From the NCBI RefSeq assembly GCF_042660085.1, contig NZ_JBHSTI010000008.1:510001-542000 (forward strand): DNA of 32,000 nt, written 5' to 3'. The number at the start of each line of letters is the position of its first letter. The first letter of the stretch is position 1. Made by a program: the position numbers and the translations under genes. This DNA comes from Longivirga aurantiaca (GTDB taxonomy: Bacteria > Actinomycetota > Actinomycetes > S36-B12 > CAIYMF01). The notes beneath the pieces are model-generated. The model worked only from the letters and a program-made list of their open reading frames with translations, made no database searches and was not told the origin of the DNA. Below are positions 1 through 7,564 of the stretch, piece by piece.

Positions 1-236
1 ACCAGGCCGAGGCGGGCGTCGAGGCCGTCGAGCACCGGGCGGCCGTCCACGAGCGCGCGGCCGGCCGACGGGACGGCGAGGCCCGCGAGCAGTGCGAGCA
101 GGCTCGACTTGCCGCTCCCGGACGGGCCCGTGACGGCGAGCATCTCGCCGGCCTCCGCTCTCACCGAGACGTCGTCGAGCACGACGCGCCCGGCGGGCTC
201 GTAGCGCAGCGACTCGGCCGACACGATCCGGGTCAT
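1..236 (-). CDS. ABC transporter ATP-binding protein, 5' part only (gene continues off the left edge)
   Basis: Reverse-strand translation from ATG (236..234) gives MTRIVSAESLRYEPAGRVVLDDVSVRAEAGEMLAVTGPSGSGKSSLLALLAGL..., with Walker A GPSGSGKS. Its ATG overlaps the TGA of the upstream ATPase gene (ATGA at 233-236), suggesting translational coupling. Confidence 0.85.
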   Translation of the reverse strand, partial: MTRIVSAESLRYEPAGRVVLDDVSVRAEAGEMLAVTGPSGSGKSSLLALLAGLAVPSAGRALVDGRPVLDGLDARLGL

Positions 237-1096
237 CGGCCCCCCTCGGTCTCGTCCTCGCGCACGAGCTCGACGCCGTCGGGCCGGCGTACGACGCGGA
301 CCCGCGATCCTGGCGGGAGCATGCGCAGAACGTCGTCCGGGAGCTGCACCCGGCCGTCGAGGTCGACGTCGACGTGCTGCTGCCAGTGCTGCGTCTCGTC
401 GTCGGCGCGGCCCTGGGTGATGGTGATGGTGCGGCCGAGCCGCTCGGCCACCTCGGGGTCGTGCGTCACCACGACGACCGTCGTGCCGAACTGCCGGCCC
501 ACCGCCGCGATGAGCTCGACGACGGCGTCGCGGTTGGCCTTGTCGAGCTGCGAGGTCGGCTCGTCGACGAGCAGCAGCCCGGGCGACGTCGCCATGCCCA
601 TCGCGACGGCGAGCCGCTGCTGCTCGCCGCCGGAGAACCCGCCGACCGCACGGCCGGCGAGGTGCGTGAGCCCGAGGGCGTGCAGGAGCACCGCGGGCGT
701 CGGGAGCGAGGCGCGGCGGAAACCGCGAACGCCCCGCTGGGCGAACCGCACGTTGTCCTCGGCCGTGCCGTACGGCAGCAGGTTGCGCGAGGGGTCCTGC
801 ACGACGACGCCGAGCCTGTGCGCGCGCAGCATGAGCAGCTCGCGCTCGGACATCGCCGTCATCTCGTCGCCGCCGACCCACACCTGGCCGGACGTCGGCG
901 CGAGCAGCCCCGCGATCACCGCGAGGAGCGTGGACTTGCCGGAGCCCGACGGGCCGAGCACGGCGATCGTCTCGCCGGCGCGGACTGTGAGCGTGACGTC
1001 CTGCAGCGCGACCGTGTCGCCGGTCGGCGTGCTGTAGACGTGCCCGACGCGCTCGCAGTGCAGCGACAGGCCGGTCTCGAGCGTGGTCGTCGTCAT
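233..1096 (-). CDS. ABC transporter ATP-binding protein (MacB/LolD-like NBD) with an extra ~60-aa C-terminal tail
   Basis: C-terminal 287 aa of track ORF 233..1864, starting MTTTTLETG at the ATG 1096..1094. Motifs: Walker A GPSGSGKST, Q-loop VVVQDP, signature FSGGEQQR, Walker B LLLVDEPTSQLD, H-loop VVVVTHD. The ATG overlaps the permease stop (ATGA at 1093-1096). The upstream part of the track ORF overlaps the permease gene and is Arg/Ala-rich shadow. Confidence 0.93.
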   Translation of the reverse strand: MTTTTLETGLSLHCERVGHVYSTPTGDTVALQDVTLTVRAGETIAVLGPSGSGKSTLLAVIAGLLAPTSGQVWVGGDEMTAMSERELLMLRAHRLGVVVQDPSRNLLPYGTAEDNVRFAQRGVRGFRRASLPTPAVLLHALGLTHLAGRAVGGFSGGEQQRLAVAMGMATSPGLLLVDEPTSQLDKANRDAVVELIAAVGRQFGTTVVVVTHDPEVAERLGRTITITQGRADDETQHWQQHVDVDLDGRVQLPDDVLRMLPPGSRVRVVRRPDGVELVREDETEGGR

Positions 1097-4000
1097 GCCG
1101 CCACCTCCCGCAGCCGCTCGGGCACAGCCTGGCGCAGCAGCGCGATGCCGCCGACGACGGCGGTCAGCAGCAGCAGTGCAGCGGTGACGACGGTGAAGAG
1201 GAGCACCGCAGCCGTCTGGATGTCGACGGTCAGCGGCAGCAGCGTGGCCGAGGACGTCTGCGGCAGCAGCGGCAGCGCGAGGCGCGCGACCACGAGGCCG
1301 ACCGGCACGCCGACGGCGAGGCCCGTGCCCAGAAGCAGCGCCTGCTCGAGCACGCACCCGCGCAGCAGGGACCGGCGAGGTACGCCGACCGCGCGCAGCG
1401 CGGCCAGCTCGTACGACCGGCGGCGCCCCGTGACCGCGACGCTGATCGCGAGCGCGCCCGCTGCGAGCAGGGATCCGACCACAGCGCAGACGAGCAGCAG
1501 CCTCAGGGCGAGCGCCGGCCCCTCGCGGTCGAGCTGGTCGAGGCGCTCGGCCTGGGTCCGGACGCCGTCGACCGTGATGCCGGCGGCGGTGAGCCGCTCG
1601 ATCGCGTCGGGCGGGGCGTCGGGCCCCAGCCACACGGCCCAGTTCGCGTCGTCGGCGAGCTGCTGCGCGGACCGCGTCAGCGCCTGCAGCCCGGTGATGG
1701 ATCCGCGGCTGCCGACGAACGGGAGGATCGTGTTCGCCCCCGCCGAGACGGCCTGCACGTCGCGGCCGTTTCCGTCGACGAACCGCAGCTCGGCGCCGGT
1801 GGGCGCGATCGTCTCGGCCGTCACGAGCGGGAGGGGGGACGGCACCTCGGCGTACTGGAGCCACGGCGACACGTAGGCGGGCAGCTCGGCGGTGTACCGC
1901 AGGCCGGAGCCGGCGAAGGCGAGCGTGCCCGTTGGATCGCCGGTGTACGCCGTGACCCGCCAGGTGCCGGGCGTGCCGAAGCCGGCGTCGAGGTCCTGCC
2001 AGCTCGAGCCGTCACCCTGCTGCACCGAGACGATGGTGAGGTCGAGGGACGACGTGGCGGCGTCGCGCGCGCGGTCGAGGGCGATGCCGTTGAGCGTGCA
2101 CTTCTGCTCGTCGCACGGCACCTCGACCTCGTAGTCGTGGGTGCCCTCGCGCAGCGGCGAGCTCAGCGTGAAGGTCGGCACGTCGGTGGTGCCGCGATAG
2201 GCGACCAGCACCTTGGTGGAGGCGCTCTGCACCGGCCCGGACGTGATCCGCACGCGCACGCGGGTGCCGGTGATCGCGACCGGGTCGGGCAGGACGGGCG
2301 AGATGAGCGCGGCGGCGTCGGCTGCCGAGATGGGGCCGTACTCGTCCGACCACGCGGCCACGGCCGCGAGGCGTTCGGGCTGCACCGCCAGCAGGCGCCC
2401 GGACAGGCCGCCGGAGGGGATCCAGTCGGCCACCGCCATGGCCCAGCGGCCCTCGGGGTCGGCCTGCTCCACGGCCTGCACGAGGTCGCGCTGCGGGTCG
2501 AGCTGGACGGCCACCGAGGTCCGCGCACCGACGTCCGCGCCCGCGCGCACCTCACGGCCCGCGGCGGCCGCGGCCGAGGCGTCGACGGCGAACGTCGCGA
2601 GGCCGAGCGTGACGGCGAGCAGCGCCGCGAGCCGCAGCCCGGCGGGGCGGCGTACGGCCTGGCGCGAGCCGAGGAACAGCCCGAGGCGCGAGGAGGCGCG
2701 CGTGCCCCGGACGAGCGCGCCGAGGACGGGCCGGGCCAGGCGCACCAGGAGCAGCCCGGCGGCGATGACGAGCAGGCCGGGGGCGAGCCAGCCCAGGGCG
2801 GCTGAGGCGCTGCTCTCGTCGGACGGCGATCGGGTGGCCAGGACGACGAACCCGCCGAGGGCCACGATCGCGAGCACGACGTCGACGACGACCCCGCGTC
2901 GGCTGCCACCGGACTCGGTGGTCTGGGACCACTGCTCGAGGACGGGGCGGGTGAACATGCGCCGCGAGGCGAGGACCGCGGCGGCGAGACCGCCGAGGAA
3001 CGCGAGGCCCACCGCCATCAGCGTGCCGGGCGTGATGACGACGGGCACGTCGGCTGCCAGCACGGCCTTGGCGAGCACGGTGACGAACCCGTACGCGAGG
3101 AGAAGGCCGATCGGTGCGGCGAGCAGCAGGAGCACGATCGGCTCCCGCAGCGCGACCGCTGCCACTGCGCGAGGCGGGAGGCCGCGCAGCTTCGCCAGCG
3201 CGACCTCGCTGCCGCGCGCCTCGCTCGTGTCGGTGACGACCAGGTAGAGCAGGAGCCAGGCGAGCAGTGCGAGCTGCGCGGTCACGATGCCGGCGGCGAG
3301 GGCCGTGGTGGCGCGCTCCGCCTCGAAGGCGTCGAGCACCGAGAGGACGTTGGTCGTCGGCTTCGGGCCGTCGCTCTCCGGGCCGAGGTAGCCCTCCACC
3401 GCCGTGCGCAGTGCGGGCACGTCCGCGACCCGCAGCTCCCGCGGCTCGGACAGGATCAGGTCGGCGGCGATGGTGCCGGGGGTCGGGTGCACGAGCGTGG
3501 GGAAGAGGTCCTTCGACACGAACACCGAGTCGACGGTGTTCGGGCCGTCGCCGTTCGGGTAGAACGAGAAGTAGATGCGTCCGGCCCAGAAGGGGTCGGC
3601 CGTGGAGGCGGGCCGGTAGGTGCCCACGACGGTGACCACGGCCGGGGTGGTCGCGATGTCGGAGCCGGTCGCGGTGTTGTCGTACTGACGCAGCTCGTCG
3701 AGCGTGACCTTTGTGCCCACCACCCACCCGACCGACTCCGCCGCGCGCGCGCTGACGACCGCCTCGTTCGTGCCGTCGCCGCACCGGCCGTCGACGATCA
3801 CGAGGTGGTCGCACACGCCGTCGCGCCAGACAGCCTTGGTCTTGGCGGCGAGACCCTCGGCCGGGGTGCCCGTGGTCTCGACGACGGTCTCCGCCACCGG
3901 CGGGCCGTAGCCCGGCACGGTGCCGCGCTCGTTCTGCGAGTCGACCACGACCGAGACCGACGCAGGGTAGGAGACGTCGGTCTTCAGGTAGAAGGCGATC

Positions 4001-4179
4001 GTGGTGTCGGCGGTGTCCGCCTGGATGAGGCGGTCCTGCAGCACCGACTCGGCGGCGGCAGCGGAGAACAGCGGGCCGAGCGCCGCGGCCGCAACGGTGA
4101 GTGCTCCCGCGACCAGCACGACGAGGGAGCCACCGCGCCGCCACCGGAACGCGCGCAGCGCGAGCCGCAGCTGGTTCAC
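1093..4179 (-). CDS. ABC transporter permease, FtsX/MacB-type, duplicated (two FtsX-like 4-TM modules plus two large extracytoplasmic domains), 1028 aa
   Basis: Track ORF 1093..4179. N-terminus MNQLRLALRAFRWRRGGSLVVLVAGALTVAAA is typical of FtsX-family permeases. Two FtsX-like blocks are present: ...EVALAKLRGLPPRAVAAVALREPIVLLLLAAPIGLLLAYG... and ...SYELAALRAVGVPRRSLLRGCVLEQALLLGTGLAVGVPVG.... GTG start at 4179 is preceded by GGAAGGGGG. Confidence 0.9.
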   Translation of the reverse strand: MNQLRLALRAFRWRRGGSLVVLVAGALTVAAAALGPLFSAAAAESVLQDRLIQADTADTTIAFYLKTDVSYPASVSVVVDSQNERGTVPGYGPPVAETVVETTGTPAEGLAAKTKAVWRDGVCDHLVIVDGRCGDGTNEAVVSARAAESVGWVVGTKVTLDELRQYDNTATGSDIATTPAVVTVVGTYRPASTADPFWAGRIYFSFYPNGDGPNTVDSVFVSKDLFPTLVHPTPGTIAADLILSEPRELRVADVPALRTAVEGYLGPESDGPKPTTNVLSVLDAFEAERATTALAAGIVTAQLALLAWLLLYLVVTDTSEARGSEVALAKLRGLPPRAVAAVALREPIVLLLLAAPIGLLLAYGFVTVLAKAVLAADVPVVITPGTLMAVGLAFLGGLAAAVLASRRMFTRPVLEQWSQTTESGGSRRGVVVDVVLAIVALGGFVVLATRSPSDESSASAALGWLAPGLLVIAAGLLLVRLARPVLGALVRGTRASSRLGLFLGSRQAVRRPAGLRLAALLAVTLGLATFAVDASAAAAAGREVRAGADVGARTSVAVQLDPQRDLVQAVEQADPEGRWAMAVADWIPSGGLSGRLLAVQPERLAAVAAWSDEYGPISAADAAALISPVLPDPVAITGTRVRVRITSGPVQSASTKVLVAYRGTTDVPTFTLSSPLREGTHDYEVEVPCDEQKCTLNGIALDRARDAATSSLDLTIVSVQQGDGSSWQDLDAGFGTPGTWRVTAYTGDPTGTLAFAGSGLRYTAELPAYVSPWLQYAEVPSPLPLVTAETIAPTGAELRFVDGNGRDVQAVSAGANTILPFVGSRGSITGLQALTRSAQQLADDANWAVWLGPDAPPDAIERLTAAGITVDGVRTQAERLDQLDREGPALALRLLLVCAVVGSLLAAGALAISVAVTGRRRSYELAALRAVGVPRRSLLRGCVLEQALLLGTGLAVGVPVGLVVARLALPLLPQTSSATLLPLTVDIQTAAVLLFTVVTAALLLLTAVVGGIALLRQAVPERLREVAA

Positions 4180-4260
4180 GCGCCCCCTTCCGCATCGACC
4201 GGCACCGGTGCCGGTGCGGTCTCCGACCCTAACCGCAGCCCCGGCCGGATCCCGACGCCG

Positions 4261-4776
4261 TTACCGGACGGTGCCCGTGGGCCGCCGGCCGGTGCGCAGG
4301 GCGGTGGGCAGCACGAGCCACATGATCAGTGCGCCGCCGGCCGTGATCCCCGCGAACCAGGCGGCGACGCTCCCGCCCGCCGCCACCCACGCCGCGAGGG
4401 TGACCGAGCCGGTCACCGCGAAGGCGAGCGCGACCATGCCCACGAGGGTCAGGACGTGCGTCGCCCGCACGAGCCGCGGCTTCTGGCCGCGGCCGAAGAG
4501 GAACCGGTGGATCACGATCGGTGCCATGAGGCAGAGCATCGCGACGGTGCTGGCGGCGATGCTGACGAGGTAGAGGTCCTTCTGCGACGCCGACAGCGAC
4601 CCGAACGGCTGCGTGAACGCGATGGTCAGCTGGAACCCGAGCAGCAGCTGCACGCCGGTCTGCGCGACGCGCATCTCCTGCAGCTGCTCGCCGTAGTTGC
4701 GGTCGGCCCGTTCGGCTTCGGTCTCGTCGCGCGTCGGCGTGGACCTGCGGTGGTCGTCGAGTCGCGCGTCGTCCAT
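4261..4776 (-). CDS. DUF6328-like small membrane protein
   Basis: Within track ORF 4261..4911. Preferred start is MDDARLDD (ATG 4776..4774), with GGAGG 7 nt upstream. The conserved-looking block RNYGEQLQEMRVAQTGVQLLLGFQLTIAF is followed by 3-4 hydrophobic helices. Family assignment is from memory of the motif. Confidence 0.78.
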   Translation of the reverse strand: MDDARLDDHRRSTPTRDETEAERADRNYGEQLQEMRVAQTGVQLLLGFQLTIAFTQPFGSLSASQKDLYLVSIAASTVAMLCLMAPIVIHRFLFGRGQKPRLVRATHVLTLVGMVALAFAVTGSVTLAAWVAAGGSVAAWFAGITAGGALIMWLVLPTALRTGRRPTGTVR

Positions 4777-5054
4777 CGAGCCGCCTCCGGTCACGTGTGC
4801 CCGCCCCGTACCCGGAAGCCGGCGCGCCGAAACGACTCCGCCGTACCCACTTGGCCAGGAGCGTGGCTCCGCAGGAAATCGCGCTTTCGCCCGAGGCCAC
4901 GGCGGTATCACACTGAGGTCTGTGAGGTCTGTGCGCGCCTCGGCTCCGCCGAGGCTGGGAGGCGTGCGGCGGATGGGAGGGCCCGGGCCACGCCAGCGGA
5001 CGCCAGCCGGCGTCGATCGCTGTCACGGGGGGTCGCTCGCGGAGGAGCTGGGTC

Positions 5055-5198
5055 ATGAAGGACCTTCGATGCCTGTTCGGGATGCATGACAACAACGTCC
5101 GGACCAACGACCTGGGCGACCGGTACCTCGTCTGCTCGAGGTGCAGCAAGGAGACCTACCCCAACGGCATCGCGGGCGGCGGCATCGTTCCGTACTGA
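5055..5198 (+). CDS. Small (47 aa) Cys/His-containing protein, possible zinc-ribbon-like; absent from the supplied track (below the size cutoff)
   Basis: ATG at 5055 with GGAGGAG 8 nt upstream. Translation: MKDLRCLFGMHDNNVRTNDLGDRYLVCSRCSKETYPNGIAGGGIVPY*. 43 of 47 codons end in G/C, matching the genome's coding bias. Contains C6, H11 and C27-x2-C30. Confidence 0.5.
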   Translation: MKDLRCLFGMHDNNVRTNDLGDRYLVCSRCSKETYPNGIAGGGIVPY

Positions 5199-5233
5199 TC
5201 CCGCCCAGCCGCCATGGACGGCACACTGGCCGC

Positions 5234-6016
5234 GTGACCCACCTGCTGCGCCTCGTCGAGGTGACCTCCGGCGTGTGGGTGGCCCAGTCGCGTCGCTACG
5301 CCACCAACTCCACCGTGCTGCTCGACGGGCACGGCGGTGCCCTCGTCATCGACCCGTCATGGGACCCGGACGAGCTGGCCGCGATCCCGGCCGACCTCGC
5401 GTCCCTGGGTGTCCGGTGCGTCGCGGGCCTGTCGACCCACGTGCACTACGACCACGTGATGTGGCACCCGGACCTCGGCGACGTGCCGCGCTGGGCGACA
5501 CCGGGCACCATCGCGATGGTCGACGCCGATCGCGACGGAGTCGTGGCACCGCTGCGCGGCGACCTGCCCGACGACCTGGTCGACCTGGCTGCTCGTGACC
5601 TCCGCCCCATCGACGGGGAGCTGCTGGAGTGGACCGGACCGACGGCAGTCGTGCACGTCCACCATGCGCACGCGCCGCATCACCTGGCGCTCGAGCTGCC
5701 GGACCTCGGACTGCTCGTGGCTGGAGACATGCTCAGCGACATCGAGCTGCCCATGCCCGACAAGGACGACACGGACCTCGCGAACTACCTCGGTGGGTTG
5801 GAGCGCCTGCGCGGTTCGGTGTCGCGCTCGCACCTGCTGGTCCCCGGCCACGGCTCTGTGAGCAGCCGTCCGATGGAGCGCTACGACGCCGATGCCCGCT
5901 ACCTCGACGCCGTCGTGCGCCTCGGCGCCAGCGACGACACGCGCATCGCGGACATGGCCGATCTCCACGCAGCGAACCTCGAGAGAGCGGCGAACAGGAT
6001 GCGTACCCGCGGGTAA
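5234..6016 (+). CDS. MBL-fold metallo-hydrolase
   Basis: In track ORF 5141..6016. Contains the HxHxDH motif (STHVHYDHVMWH) plus later His/Asp ligand candidates (HHAHAPHH, GDMLSD, VPGHG). Start set at in-frame GTG 5234 (VTHLLRLVEV) because the ATG at 5141 overlaps the small ORF. Start is uncertain. Confidence 0.85.
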   Translation: MTHLLRLVEVTSGVWVAQSRRYATNSTVLLDGHGGALVIDPSWDPDELAAIPADLASLGVRCVAGLSTHVHYDHVMWHPDLGDVPRWATPGTIAMVDADRDGVVAPLRGDLPDDLVDLAARDLRPIDGELLEWTGPTAVVHVHHAHAPHHLALELPDLGLLVAGDMLSDIELPMPDKDDTDLANYLGGLERLRGSVSRSHLLVPGHGSVSSRPMERYDADARYLDAVVRLGASDDTRIADMADLHAANLERAANRMRTRG

Positions 6017-6198
6017 TAACGGGTGTCTCGTGCGCCACAATGTAGTTGAAGGCAGGATATCTGAGCGCCACAGGTTCACTCTTCTCTTGAGAGCGCTCGG
6101 AAGAACTCCCGGCCCTCACCCAGAAGGTCCGGTCGGGAGGGCGCCCTCACAGGGCAACGGCCCGACGACCTCGGGACCGTGACTGCAGGGGAGTTCCC

Positions 6199-6777
6199 AT
6201 GTCCGCCACGATCGAGCGGCCAAGCGTCGAGGCCGCAGACCAGATCACCAGCACGTCCGCACAGAAGTGGGCCGCTGTCGTCCGAATCCTCCTGGGCTTC
6301 ACCTTCCTGTGGGCCTTCCTGGACAAGGCGTTCGGCCTGGGCTACGCCACCGAGAAGGCGTGGCTGTTCGGCGCCGGAGAGGGCAGCCCGACCACTGGGT
6401 TCCTGAAGTTCGGCGTCAACCCTGAGGGCCCGATGGCCAGCTTCTTCAACGGGCTCGCGCCGAGCTCGCCGGCAGGGTTCATGAACTGGCTGTTCATGCT
6501 CGCGCTGCTCGGTGCAGGCGTCGGCCTCATCCTCGGCCTGGCCATGCGCATCACCAGCATCGGCTCCGCCATCCTGCTCATGAGCATGTGGCTCGCGCTC
6601 GCACCGTGGGCGAAGATCACGCTCGAGGACGGGACCATCGAGGCCTCGAACAACCCGATCGTCGACGACCACATCATCTACTCCGCGACGCTGATCCTGC
6701 TCATGCTGGTCGGCGCCGGTCGCTACTGGGGTCTGGGCCGCTGGTGGGAGAGCCACACCCCGACCTGGCTGCACTGA
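6199..6777 (+). CDS. DoxX-family membrane protein
   Basis: Track ORF 6199..6777, with GGGGAG SD 6 nt upstream. Has four hydrophobic helices and the N-terminal pattern AAVVRILLGFTFLWAFLDKAFGLGY typical of DoxX/thiosulfate-dehydrogenase-subunit-like proteins. Confidence 0.83.
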   Translation: MSATIERPSVEAADQITSTSAQKWAAVVRILLGFTFLWAFLDKAFGLGYATEKAWLFGAGEGSPTTGFLKFGVNPEGPMASFFNGLAPSSPAGFMNWLFMLALLGAGVGLILGLAMRITSIGSAILLMSMWLALAPWAKITLEDGTIEASNNPIVDDHIIYSATLILLMLVGAGRYWGLGRWWESHTPTWLH

Positions 6778-7099
6778 TCGGCTGAGGGCGCAGCGCCCTC
6801 GACACCGAAGCACCGCCCCGGACGCCGCCTTCGCAGCGCCGGGGCGGTCGCCTGTCTGCCCGGGGGTGGTCGGCGCCTCCCCCTCCCAGGCAGCCGTCGG
6901 TGGTGACACGCACACGTCCGAGGACGACGTCGCTGAGTTCAAGTGCCGCCGTTGCGGGGAGTGACGCCGCTCGTCGTCCTCGTCGGGTAGTGCCGTTCAC
7001 CCTCAGGGGTGCGCCGTCCACTGCTCCCTTCTCGCTCCATGCTGGATGTGCCGGACGACCGGGGGCTCCTGCGCCGCCGACGTGCACGGGGTCCCGCCG

Positions 7100-7549
7100 A
7101 TGGACTGGACCGCGTTCCGGTCGACCCCGGCGTTCGGCTACCTGATCGTCGGGCTCGTGATCCTGTACGCGGGGGCCCGGGAGGTCGCCCCGGGCGACCT
7201 GCCCTCCATCGCCCTGGCACTCGAGCTCGCGACCACCGTGTGCACCCGCGGTGTGGATCTGGTCATCGGCCCGGTCCTGCCGTCCGCGTTGACCGCCGCC
7301 GGCCTCACACTGCCATCCGGTGTCGAGCACCGCGACGGCGACGATGATCTGGAGACGTGGACCGGCGCAGCCATCAGCCCCGGCGACTTCCTGGTGGTCC
7401 CCTTCGACGGCACCTCCATCGGTGCCGCCGCCGACCGGGTCGACCGCTCGCTGCGATCGCTGCTCGCCGTCAACCACAACCCCGAGACCGCGGCTGCCCT
7501 GGCCCTGAGTCCCATGAACCTGCCCGTGGGCCGGTCGCTGGGTGCCTGA
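7100..7549 (+). CDS. Hypothetical protein with one N-terminal hydrophobic helix
   Basis: Track ORF 7046..7549. Strong G/C third-position bias in this frame. No motif recognised. Start ambiguous (ATG 7100, GTG 7082 or ATG 7046). Confidence 0.45.
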   Translation: MDWTAFRSTPAFGYLIVGLVILYAGAREVAPGDLPSIALALELATTVCTRGVDLVIGPVLPSALTAAGLTLPSGVEHRDGDDDLETWTGAAISPGDFLVVPFDGTSIGAAADRVDRSLRSLLAVNHNPETAAALALSPMNLPVGRSLGA

Positions 7550-7564
7550 CCAGGCTGAACCCGG

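Noticed and set aside
1097-1864. N-terminal extension of the ATPase ORF 233..1864, and plus-strand ORFs 321..1037 and 374..1876
   Set aside because: The extension overlaps the permease 3' end and is Arg/Ala-rich. The ATPase has a clean start (MTTTT) overlapping the permease stop. The plus-strand ORFs are antisense shadows with no motifs.
6017-6198. Relatively AT-rich region upstream of doxX, examined for a sigma-A type promoter or riboswitch
   Set aside because: I could not find a convincing TANNNT -10 with a properly spaced -35, nor a structure I recognise. The only feature is a weak GAGCGC...GCGCTC dyad with a 24-nt loop. That is not enough to call.
6076-7477. Minus-strand ORFs 6076..6942 and 6701..7477 overlapping doxX and the downstream gap
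   Set aside because: They are antisense to the DoxX-like gene, whose frame has clear TM helices and codon bias. The products are charged low-complexity sequence. No SD or start context supports them.
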